Positions 40,870 to 52,159 of a stretch of DNA of 64,000 nucleotides are shown here, in pieces. The notes under the pieces are model-generated. The model had not been told where the DNA came from. It saw only the letters and a list, made by a program, of their open reading frames with translations, and did no database searches. Every line of letters begins with the position of its first letter. Within the stretch, counting starts at the first letter, position 1. The position numbers were made by a program, and so were the translations under genes. The stretch comes from Macrostomum lignano (Eukaryota): the NCBI GenBank assembly GCA_002269645.1, contig NIVC01003828.1, positions 10,867-74,866 of the forward strand, written 5' to 3'.

Positions 40870-41040
40870 TTGGCATCGAGCAAGGAGTCCTAGAACCTGG
40901 ACTAACAGTCCCTGGTTCGATTCCGTGCGCGGCCACGTTTATTTGAGACTTGTGCACAAAAAATAGCCCGAGGGGTTGTCGTGACATCAAGACCCAAATA
41001 GTTAAGCCCCCAGGCACAGATAGTGTACATGCCTGCCGAT
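40870..41040 (+). mobile_element. putative tRNA-derived SINE fragment (related copy at ~38430-38510)
   Basis: B-box-like GGTTCGATTCC followed by gtgcgcggccac...agcccgaggggttgtcgtg. Similar text at 38450-38500. No full cloverleaf. Confidence 0.45.
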
Positions 41041-41398
41041 TAGAAAGTCAACGGACTGCTGTAAACTCTATGTGAGCGTGTGTAGCTGCAGGGTCCACCA
41101 ACCGGCTGATGCAGCGTGTAGGCGGGAACTATAACTTCCATGGAAGTGATGTCGCTCGGGGGGGACCCGTCGGTCTCGCTTGCAGTGCGGTATTGTATTC
41201 CTCACCGGCGGTATGCTCTTGGGCTTGCAACCGTCAGAAAGAACCGGGTTTGGCCCGAGGTGAGTGAGCCTGCCCCTCGTGAATACCGGGCATTGGCAGA
41301 TAATTTGCTAATCTATTGTACTATTAGCAGTAAGTAAAGTCTATGACTCTGGTGGAAAGCAGTCTTCCTTCCAAGAATACGCTCGTAAGTCTGCCGAT

Positions 41399-41656
41399 CC
41401 AGTTAAAAGTAAAGCAAAAGCCGACAAGCAGGCAAGGATTTACGATACTGAAAAGGTGCCGCGGTATCTAAACTTCCTACTCGTTGAGACGAAGGATAAC
41501 CATCTATTTCCACGGCCACTAGTAAACTCTACAAACGGCAGTCCTGTGTTTTCAACGAAACAGAATCGCGGTGTAAACTATCTTGTTTGATTTATGCATA
41601 ACTTGAGCGAGAAGGCTGGTCTATCAAAGATGTATTCTAATCACAGCATCAAGTAA
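41399..41656 (+). mobile_element. Crypton-like tyrosine recombinase fragment
   Basis: ...RIYDTEKVPRYLNFLLVETKDNHLFPRPL...RGVNYLV*FMHNLSEKAGLSKMYSNHSIK*, with the YR box before H-x-x-R and one internal stop. Confidence 0.7.
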
Positions 41657-43140
41657 TATAAATTCTATTGATCTAAAAAATCTCTGTATCTTAGACAAAG
41701 CATGCTAACCTGATCCTTGTTCATATACCAATATGGATGGGCTGCTTAGGACAGAAATGAGCGAAACGGTCGAGGCGCGGAGCGCCGAGGCTGATTCACT
41801 TATTTCTGCCCGTAGCAACCTATCCATATTATTATGTAAAAGATGAAGCACGCTTTTCTGGGCACTATTTTTTCGAGTTGTATAATCTGGCCCCAAAGAA
41901 TGGCACCAGGGCAGACAGTGTACCCAGCAGGATCATCTCCAACTACGACTGGAAGCCCCCATCTGTGAGAGTCAAGGATGCACCCGAAGCCAACGCGATG
42001 TTTCTTCCCGATGTTACGGTTTAGAACCTCCGGGGCTCCGGCCAGTTTTGGGTTGCCGATCCGGAGACTGCAAACGGGCTGGGATCTCCGACCGGAGACT
42101 TTAAAGGGTGTAAGATCTCCTTCGGAGACTACAAACGGTTATGGGTCTCCGCGATAGGAGATCCGTAAAAACCGTTGTGGGATCTCTAGGGCATGGTCAG
42201 TTCTCCCCATCCGGAGATCCTAAACCAGATTCTGTTGTCCCCTCGGAGATTCTGCACCGTTTGCCATGTCGAAAATTATAATATTTAGCTTTTTATTGTA
42301 TATGGGAACCTTCTCTTAACCAACATCGTCAGTAATTTTTCCATTTCAAGGCATTTTCCAAATGAGGAAGTAGTTTTCTATGTAGCTCGCAAATTTCGCA
42401 GCCGTCATGCAGGGCCATGTCAGGGAAAAATAGCAAGCTTTGGTAAATAGGAGTAAATGTGTTGTCAGCACATTTTTTCGCAATACAATTGTAACAAAAA
42501 ACTGGAAATGCTCTTTTTCCCTCATACGCCTCTTTAAATTGCTTTTCTCTCTGGCGTTCAGTTCGACAAGGACTTGTGCGTGGTCATTGTTCAGTACATG
42601 GAGAATATTTGATTACAAAGTAGCCAAATTAGAAATTATTATTACTATTATTATTACTATTAGAAAGTAAGAAAATCACAAACTGAAAATGGCTCATCAT
42701 ATGCCTTCACTGCTTTTATACGAGCTACAATTTGCAATTTTTTCACTTTTCGCCCTCAATGGCTCATTCCTTCCGCCGTCAAATTACGCAATCAAATCAT
42801 TCGACTTACGAGTACGAGTACAGTACAGTACATACAAGACGACAAACAAGTCTAACCAAGCCTAAATTTAGCCTCACTTGATTGATGGGCTGTGTGACGG
42901 GGCGTATGAACTAAATAGATAAACTTATCGAAAAAGTTGCGCTAGCTAGGCTGCTCACATGCTGGGCTTTTTAAAATCAGAGAAATTTAATATAGCTTTT
43001 ATTTTCTAAGATAACAATACTCCGGAGAGTCTAGCATGGCGGTGATCTCTAACCTTATCTTATGTCGGGGTTTCTGATATCCATGCGGGCGATTGTAAAA
43101 TCGCGTAATTTTTCGTGTTGGATCTCCGGGCCGGAGATCC

Positions 43141-43578
43141 TTACACCGGGACTGAAGTGTTCGTGAAGCCAGCGAATGCTCGGTGCACGGAAGAGTGGCC
43201 ACGCGGCCAGGTGACGGGTCCAACCGGAGGCGTATCGGTGGAAGTCAACAGACTACTGCGCCATGTGGCTGACATCCGCCCCGTGCCTAGTACCCAGCCG
43301 CAGCCACCTGGAGTCGGCAGAGCGCAGGAGTGCGAACCTCGGAGGTCGAAGCGCAGGAGGTCGGCACCCCAGCGCTATATGCACCATCCTGACATGTGAT
43401 CTTGAGATCAGGGGGAAATATTGTACTTTAACTACTGTTGTCTTTGTTACACCGTTGCCGTTGCTTGTTGCCATAAACATCTTAGTTCTGTACTACGTTA
43501 AATTGAGCGTGCGCAGCGCAGCCTTCGCATTAAATAAACCTTCTGCTCTGCCAGCGCTCTGTAACTACACAAACTACA
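43141..43578 (+). mobile_element. Gypsy 3' end: integrase C-terminus, PPT and 157-bp 3' LTR
   Basis: VFVKPANARCTEEWPRGQVT...RHVADIR...RRSKRRRSAPQRY. PPT agggggaaa at 43410. LTR TGTAC(43422)...CTACA(43578) with AATAAA at 43533. Confidence 0.78.
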
Positions 43579-43762
43579 AAGGGCCGAGGGCGCCAAGTAA
43601 ATATTGCCCGGAAAATAGAGTGCTTTATCTCATATTGAGCATGTTGGGAGCCTCATAGATTTTCCGAGCATCAAGTAAATAGTGCCCGGAAAAAATTGAC
43701 TGCTGGGTGCAGCTTATGTCTATGGCCAAGTTCGAAGTTAACGAGTATGTACGAGTAAGCTA

Positions 43763-44791
43763 CACTTTTTTACTTCCAATTTTGAAAAACATGCTCTCAA
43801 ATATTGAGATCTTGGCATTCAATTTTGACAGTCTGTGGTATCGCTTATCGAAATGTTCAACCCATTTTGACAAACTCAGATGCAATAATCACAATTTTCA
43901 ATCGAAAATGACGAACTCCAAACTTTATTAAAAATTAGCTAGCAATTTTGACAGTGTGCATTCAATTTTGACGCTGGGGTAAAAAACAGTGCCTTTGTCC
44001 TGCCGTCTATGGAACATAACTTGCGTATGTGCATCAATTATTTGACAGAGTGCATCCAAAAGTGTCACATTGTATCAGTACAAATTGAAACATTATTTTG
44101 ATGTCTTATTACATTCTGTATGGCAGGTCTGCGAGTCAACTCCAAAGTTAGCGACGACAGGAGCCGGTTTATTGCTGCCTATGAGAATGGTGACGACTTT
44201 TTTTCACTTGGCTCGTGCTTTGGGGATCAAAGGAACCACAGCGTATGCAGTAGCAGTGTAGCAGTGGACGAGTATAAAGCTGCCAAAAGGAGGTCAGACA
44301 TTCAGACGAGTTGATCAGCTTCATGATCATGGGGTTCATGAAGAACTCGATTGATCCTTCATCTAGTCTTGCTATGGATGGGACCTGGGTTCGGCGAACA
44401 CTCTCCGGGGCGATTGGCCACGGCGAATTCTCGCCAGGTCAGTCAGGGCGCGTATGCCCGGCTAGGGTTCGGATTGGAGCTATAACTGTCACTTTTGAAT
44501 GCAGTCTGTCAAGAAAAGATGCACATATACAAGTTTTGTTCCATAGACGACAGGACAAAGGCACTGTTTTGTACCCCAGTGTCAAAATTGAATGCACACT
44601 GTCAAAATTGCTAGCAAATTGGTAATAAAGTTTGGAGTTTGTCATTTTCGATTGAAAATCGTCATTATTGCATCAGAGTTTGTCAAAATAAGTTGAAAAT
44701 TTCGATAAGCGATACCACAGACTGTCAAAATAGAATGCACAGATGTCAACATTGAGAGCATATACTTTTCAAAATCGAAAGTAAAAAGGTG
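43763..44791 (+). mobile_element. Tc1/IS630-like element with ~310-bp TIRs and an internally deleted transposase
   Basis: Arms 43763-~44070 and ~44485-44791 are reverse complements, with TA on both sides. The spacer encodes (one frameshift) MAGLRVNSKVSDDRSRFIAAYENGDDF/FHLARALGIKGTTAYAV, an HTH-like N-terminus. Confidence 0.75.
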
Positions 44792-45179
44792 TAGCGAGCT
44801 GAGATCATAAAAATATAGTCTGTGGGTTGCAGCTTATATGTCTATGGCCAAATCCGAAGTTGACCAGTACAAGTCAGCTAGCGAGTGAGCAAGCGCGCGA
44901 GTCTAAGTAAGATACTTTTTTATCTGCTCTGCGATGGAAGAGTCATATATAATAAATCTACTTGTTATACTATGGCGAAGACTGTTGGTGATTTTGATCC
45001 GAACTGACTGCGCCAATCTGACATCGATGCTGTCTTAGCTGTCGGTGGAGACCTTCGTAATCATCATGATATCTCAGCCGTCATGATGATTACGAAGACA
45101 TGATTGCGAATTCATGATGACTACTGGCAGCTACATGACAACAGCTACGTCGGAGGAGTCCGGAACGTCTCAATCGAAT

Positions 45180-45660
45180 TACTTCGGATCATCATTAACT
45201 TTCGAAGATGCCATGGCTCTTAACGACAGTAGGAAGTTATCAAAGACACTGGATAGAGACAAGTGGGCGAGTAAAGTGTTCACCGCCTGGATGGCTACCA
45301 GATTTCACCAACTTCCAGACACGGTTGGTGAACTGAGTCACGACCAGCTACGTGACTTGCTACCGCGATTCTTCCACGAAAATGGAGGAACGCTATCCCC
45401 TTGGATCAATTGTCTCCATCGCTGCTGGACTACAGCGTCAGGCCAGTGCTTGCAGTAAAAATCCACCTGCGGACTTCTTTTCGGGGTCAGGACTTCAAAG
45501 TTGTCACTGATTCGATTGATGCTGCTATGAAAATTTCTACTTCAAGTACCAAGGAGGGCAATGGACTAAAGCGCAAGAGTGCTGAAACGAATTAATTCGA
45601 AGAAGAGGCGCAACTTTGGGAGAAACAACTTGGTGACAACCAGCATGGCGTGGTGAAAAG
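45180..45660 (+). mobile_element. Crypton/DUF3504-type recombinase N-terminal fragment
   Basis: KTLDRDKWASKVFTAWM...LRDLLPRFFHE / ERYPLGSIVSIAAGLQR / FEEEAQLWEKQLGD across frameshifts. Confidence 0.68.
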
Positions 45661-46634
45661 AACAGTAACTGTTTTTGCCGCTTGTCGAGGAGCTCCTGCA
45701 TTGTGTTTGGGTGCTTGCTTTGCTAGCTGGCACATGGTTCATCCTAATTGACCATGGTAGGATGAGCGGCTTTTGTGTTGAAAAAACAATGAAGTTTTGG
45801 CGGCCTAATGCGCACTTCTATTTATTCATGAGCTGAATTCCCTTTTTCTGTCACCTATTCTACTGTGTTTTTCTGTTCGAATACAGTTCAATTATACACA
45901 GCTCGTTCTATCTATTAATAGTCAAGACTGCTTTATAAAAACTAATGCTTTTTGCGTTAGTTTGTGTTATCGATACAGAAATCATGATCTACGTTCGTGT
46001 TATACTATACTACGTATAAGATACAAATGTACTAACTACTTCAAATACTATTATTCGTTTTTAATATACGCAGGTGTACACTTGGTCCTGGTCCTATAAT
46101 TCTTGATCTGTGATGATTGCCATAGACATTGCCACCTAACCTATAGGAAAACAAGCAGCTTTCCAACGAAAACGGACGCGGCACGTTTTTGAGCCATGTC
46201 AGTCGGCAACGGGGGTATTAAATTCTGCAATCTACGATTGCCCTAGACACTAAGATTCGGTTCCGTCAATAACTATGATTATACCCCTTTTGGCCACGCC
46301 GAATAAGTCTATGGTCCAATGTAAGACCGGCCAAATAAACGATCCAAATAAAAAAAAATAAGATAAACGAATGAGCCACAAGAAAGTACTCAAAGAAATA
46401 CATGTACAAGCAACAAATTATACTGTTTTAGAAAGCGAGCAGTTGTTAACCAGTTTTTTGGCTTGACAGTTAAAAGTAAGTCAATAGGTAGTAACAGATC
46501 AACTCAATCAAAGTTGACAATCACCCCGCAAACTCCACATTGACCCCCCCCCCAAATCACAGAACTCACCAGTTGTTGTGAACATAACTACCAATCACGC
46601 CTTCAGACCAGAGTTTCTTTTCGGACGTCGGCTC

Positions 46635-46913
46635 TCATTGAATTCCCCGTCCTTCCAGAGGCTCCATGGCTTTCCGCATTGGTTGAACAAGTAGTATTGC
46701 AGCATGCTGAAAATAATCCTTCAACGTAGAAACACCATAGCGATCACCACGTTGATTCCGGATCTCAAAGATAAAACACTTGAGAATGTAGTTGAGATCG
46801 CGCTTGCTCAAACTCGGATAGTCGGTTGCGGTTGCCAATGGCAATTCACTTAAGACAGCTTCCACTTCAGCAAGACTAAGTGGTTTAAAGCTGACGCTAT
46901 TAACATCACTCAT
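46635..46913 (-). mobile_element. Crypton/DUF3504-type N-terminal fragment
   Basis: DLNYILKCFIFEIRNQRGDRYGVSTL matches the LN..L..F..E.R...G..Y...TL pattern. Confidence 0.65.
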
Positions 46914-47469
46914 GCAGCAAATAAATCGAAAATGTCACAGAAAAGGTTTATTAGAGACAGAGACAACTACTCACTTTTAAATACCCAACACAGTCGTTTT
47001 TGTGACGGGCATCAAACAATTTCTCTAGTTCAAATGTACAATGTTAATACGGCCAAACGGTGTATAAATAGAAATTATTTCCGTTTATTTTAGTCTATGG
47101 TCTGAAACATAAGCTTCGGACTCGCATCCAGGCCGAGGCGAAAAACGAGGTCCTCCTCTGCTTTTGTTTCAGACCAAAGAAATAAATAAATGGAAATAAC
47201 TTTCATTTAAACAACAACATCAACAGCAACACGAGGTGGTTGAAATCAACGTAGCAAGCAACAAAAACAAATTAACAAGAGTGAGTGAGAAAGGATACGA
47301 ATCTGATGCAATTTTTCTATGTCTAATTATTAATTACCACACTGCAATTGTTCAGATAGAAGTGGATTGCGATGTCACTGCTGCGTGATTGCTCATGAGC
47401 TGCACGTTGAATTTGGCAACCATCGATCACAGCGGAACATTCTTGAAGTTTCACGTCTTATTTTTCCGA

Positions 47470-47830
47470 CCATAGACTAAAATAAACGGAAATAATTTCT
47501 ATTGTCCGTTTGTACTGGCGCACACCGACCAAGCTCTTGTGGCCAGTTGTCTCCATGATTTGTTGTTCATCGAGTTCAGCATGGTACAATCTTGTGGCAC
47601 AAGTGGCTCCCAGGCTGTGATTCCGCCTATTTCCCTGGACACCCGATTCTTAACAGAGACGCTTCAACATGGTCGAAACGGTATTCTTACCAAGTGAACG
47701 CTTGTTGTACCAACATGTCTCAGTAATTAAGATTCCGCATTGCCTGCAGGTAAAAGCGACTGGTGTCTGTCGGGCGTAAGCTAAAAAACTTCATAACCGG
47801 CAGAAGACGGATGGCACGATTTCGTGCCAT
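47470..47830 (-). mobile_element. Crypton-like recombinase catalytic fragment fused to a CCATAGAC end
   Basis: RFYLQA / WYNKRSLGKNTVSTMLKRLC*ESGVQGNRRNHSLGATCATRLYHAELDEQQIMETTGHKSLVGVRQYKRT. R is replaced by G in H-x-x-R. Confidence 0.85.
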
Positions 47831-48237
47831 AAAGTAAGTATATAATCTCTCCCGTTCATTCATTTATCTGTGGCCGTCTGAACGACTAAGAGCTTGTTTC
47901 TCGGCCGAGGCGCAGCCGAGGCCTGAGAAACGAGTTTGAAGTCGTTCTGGCCATAGACAAATGAATAAACGGGAGAGATAGTATTTTTCCACAACTTGGC
48001 TCGGTCTTGTGGAAAAAAAGAACTATAGCTCAACAGTCTATGGTTCTGATCGAAACGGAACAGTCCCGAGTTTGATGCGATAGCGATAGTTTGATGCTGT
48101 GTTAGCAATTTAATTACAACGCTTGCGCACGAAATAGCTGAAGACATTAGTGACTTTGCCAGTATTGACGACGATATAGCGAGAATGGAGACACCCTCAA
48201 GCCCTCGCTTTTTGATTTTACGTCGGAAGAAGAGGTC

Positions 48238-48310
48238 ATGGCTGTTGTCGATGGCTGTGTGCCAGAAGCTACTAAGAAGAAAGCTACTTGGATGGTCAAC
48301 ACGTTCATCA
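48238..48310 (+). mobile_element. short Crypton-like N-terminal fragment
   Basis: VVDGCVPEATKKKATWMVNTF resembles the P..T.K.T.W....F motif. Confidence 0.45.
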
Positions 48311-48993
48311 TGCTGGAGGCGCTCCGACAACTGGGACTACGACGGTTGCCATTGTTCCTGATGCTGGAGGCGCTCCGACAACTGGGTCTACGACGGTTTC
48401 TACTGCTCCTGCGAAGAAAATGCGAATCGAAGTTTTTGGAAATGATAACACCGTCGTGCTCACTATGGAGTGAGAAAGACAAAAAGTGCTTTACTGTCAT
48501 CGACTATCAGTCCATTAGCGTTAGTGTCAACCATAGTTGCTTTTTGTGGCTTTTTTGTTGTTGTTGACAGTTCCAAATAAATCGTTTCTTCGTCCGGGAA
48601 AAATAAATAAATAGCGGGCATCGGGCAAAATTAAGGCCCATATATATCCCATAGACAAATGGTTGAAAAATAAAGCCCACACTTGACTAACTGCTTGGAA
48701 TAGCGGGCAATTTAAGGCTCACACCATGCTCTATTATGGCCAGCAACTATACTGGGCACGAAATGACGTTTCGCGCCCGCTGCATCTGTCAATGACAAAA
48801 ACGCCTTCACTTCTATAGATCAACTTCATTTCGCGCCCGCTGTCACTGTCTATGGTAAAAATTTATACGAAGGACACTATTTGTATATAGTAGCCTGTAT
48901 TTCTCGATTATTTCTCCATTTTCTCTACAGTATTTTTTTCGTTTTTGTATCATGTTGCGCTACGACAGAATACGCTAAAACGAAATTGGCGGT

Positions 48994-49830
48994 TTGACTG
49001 GCGATGAGTTGGATTTTGTCGCTCGTTTTGTAAACCGCGAGGATACCGTCCCAATCGGCCAATGGACAGGCCTTACTGAGAACCATGAACGCTTCAACGA
49101 CGAGGAACTCCGTGATCCAACCAACGCTGACATTTCTCTGTTGCGTGAGTTGACCTCTGAAGAACAATATCTTCTGCGACAGGTAGAGGAGGATAGCAAG
49201 CGAAAGTCTACCGCCAAGCAGACGGAACATCATATTCAAAGGTTTAAAAAGTTTCTGATGGAACAGGCAATGCCAACCGACATTGAGAGCATCTGATGCT
49301 GGTTCAAATTCTCTTTCGAACTGCATGATAGCCATTAGAAGTCCAGTTGGCGAAGCATCCAATTCGTTTGGGAACTGCAAGTTCGAAAACTGTACCTTAA
49401 CATCACCCTCAACAAGTGAGTGTCTGATCGAGCAGACTGAACTTTTAGCATGTTTGAGACAATGATGCGTCCCTTACTTCACTGTATACGTAAATAAGAG
49501 CTAAATAAGAGCCCACATTTCGTTTTAATCTGTTATTGCTGATTGACTTACAATTAATGACCGGCCTTTAATCAGAGGTCATTACTACGAAGTGACATTT
49601 TAATCAATGACCGCTGCCGTTTTTAATGTCTATGGCCAAGTTGAAGGGTTGAAGGGACGCGAAGGACCACCTTCTTATTTACAAGAATATGCGACCTTGA
49701 GGCTGCCGGGCACAGCATGTCCGACATCATGTCCATCACTGGAAAACTATCTGAAAGAACAACGCGCCGGTACCTGGCCAAGAGACGGGATCGACCATTG
49801 CAACAATCCAGTGCAGCCGTGGCGTCAGTG
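48994..49830 (+). mobile_element. internally deleted Crypton-like element (N-terminal piece 48994-49296, C-terminal piece ~49700-49830)
   Basis: KSTAKQTEHHIQRFKKFL and LEAAGHSMSDIMSITGKLSERTTRRYL. GTCTATGG motifs at 48848 and 49628. Confidence 0.6.
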
Positions 49831-51778
49831 CTTCAGCTACGAGTGGAAGATGAGAGTGCAGTTGCTCTGCAGCCTGGTGCCGCCCAGCGAACGGTTATTG
49901 ACGAGTCGGAAGTGGCGAGGGAGATCAGCGTCGGGTCGGGGCCCAAGCTTGTCGTTAAAAACTGAACGTTGCATGGTTGCACATTCAATTAAATAATTTT
50001 TTGAATCTGACAGAACTTATCACTGACTCACTCCACTGATACGAGTCGTGGCTACTGCAAAATGAATCAAGCTTTCTCGTTTTCATCCGTTTTATTGGTC
50101 CTTTTATTAAAATTTATGGTTTTTTTCCGTTTTGTAGTTATAAAGAGAAGCCATCTGTGTGTGACGGTGTGAGCTTTTGTAGATCGTTTTGTGAGCCGTC
50201 GTTGTGAAGCCTTTACAGAGTACATGTAATTATTGGTATTTAAGTATTCTATTTAATTGTACATCTGCACGTATTGTTTGACACGTTAAGTAGATTAAGT
50301 TCTTTGGATTTTTAAGATCTTTTACTACAACTTAAAATTACTACTAAAACGTTTTAAATTTGGTTCGCAGATTTTCGACAGTATTTTCGACAGCTCCCTG
50401 TAATTCGCCCAGTTACTTCTTCACTACGTGTAAATCCTGATAGACCGCTACACAACTCATCAACATTAGCAAAAGAAAAGTAGGTCTACAACTTCGTCAC
50501 ATGTGTAATAAATTCTGATTCAAAAGAATGGCCACCAATTGCATGGAGGTCACTGCATCAAACTAAAATTTTGGGCAATGACTACGCACAAATCCCTGTC
50601 GACTTGAACGTTAGAGAGAAAAGCAATTTTAACAGGTGCATCAGGGTAAGAGCAAACATTTTAGCATCCACGATGTAGAATTGTATTAAATAGTGAGAAA
50701 AAAGGAGGGCAGTAAGCGCAAGAAGCAAGGTGCTGTTTACTGAGCAAGAAGTGCAAGAAAAAGTTCTCTATTAGAATTGTAACGCAGAATCCTGAACTGA
50801 CAACACATTTAAACGTGTTTACCAACGCTTGCTATTTCTGCCCTGATATGGTGCGCGAAAGCTGCGAAATATGCGAGCTACCGTGAAAACTACTTTCCCA
50901 AGTGGAAAATGTCTTCAAATGGAAAAAAATATCTGACGTTGTTGGCCAAAGCACCATAAAGAATGGCGGGGATGCCGCTGCAGCCAAGACTGCTAAGCCC
51001 AATCGCTTCGCTGCGGCCGCTGCCGTTTAAACTATCACCTCTGATGGCATCATCATCGACGTCAAGCATCTCTTCGCCGAGGTGGCGTGTGCCAGCAGAA
51101 GCGAGAACATCCTCTTCCACCGCGGCCACCATCGCCGGTAGGTCTACATGCATGCATAAAGTACAAAATCGACTTAAAACTATTGTTTTGTGAATGTGAT
51201 ACAGCTTTAAGTATTGCGAAATATGGGCTGCATCTGTATGGCAACTTGTCAAAGTATAAATTACTATTACCAATCACAGACAAGGCTAAGCCAGCAGACT
51301 ATTCAATGGCTGTGGCTGCCTACGAGGCGACTATTCCGGTTTCGTAGAAACCGAAGTGCACGACATCGCGGCTCCTGACACCGGGCGTACCGCTGCACCC
51401 AGCAGTGCCCCTGTCTGCCAGTGTTACCGCTACCGCTGACGCGAGTCTCCGAGCCTTCCGTGCAATGTCCATATAGATGGTATATGTGCGAAACGCTTCG
51501 CAGATGAAGATGATGCTGGATAGCGCCTTGAGAAGGGGATACGCTACTCAGCTTGCGATTGGTAAGTAAAAACTCGCTGTGCCGCTTCTTTATGGGCGAT
51601 CTTGCAGCTGCAACGATAGACATCGATGATAGCTGCCTGTCTCGCAACGTCCTGCTCTACAGATGGGCCATGTCCTACCCGTTGGGCAGTGTGACCCCTC
51701 GGCCAGACGATTCACAGTTGGTCTGTGGCAACCCGCTGCTGATGCGACAGACTCGAGTATTTTTCCTCAGTACAGATA

Positions 51779-52159
51779 ATGCACCAGATACGGGCCGAGG
51801 AGTTGGGCATTAGCCCGCTGCCGTCCACCCTGGTTCGACCGAGTTTGTGCGGTGTTCTCAAGCTGTCTCCGGTAGTGGCATCGACCGCGGCTGCTGCCGC
51901 AGCAGATACCTCGCTCAGCAACATTAGCGCGCACCGCGTTGTGCTGGGTGGCGGCTGGGCAGTCCAGCGCGAGCTTTGCGCCTCAATGCGGCAGGCACTT
52001 GTAGCTCCGGCTATATTGTATCTCTGGGGACCAAGCGGCGTTGGGAAGTTCGCTATGGTCGCAATACACTTCGGCCGCGAGACAGTGTACACTCCCGACT
52101 TATCGGAGACTTTCCCATTCGACGGACTGAAGCTCGGCATCCACCGCTGTCTATTCTGA
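51779..52159 (+). pseudogene. degraded superfamily-3 helicase remnant (parvovirus NS1 / CRESS Rep-like)
   Basis: ILYLWGPSGVGK (Walker A, 52028-52048; next codon TTC is one transition from Ser), then TFPFDG and a hydrophobic stretch ending in a stop where Walker B is expected. Confidence 0.45.

Noticed and set aside
40895-40935. tRNA gene
   Set aside because: Only a B-box/T-arm-like segment; no acceptor stem or D-arm could be folded.
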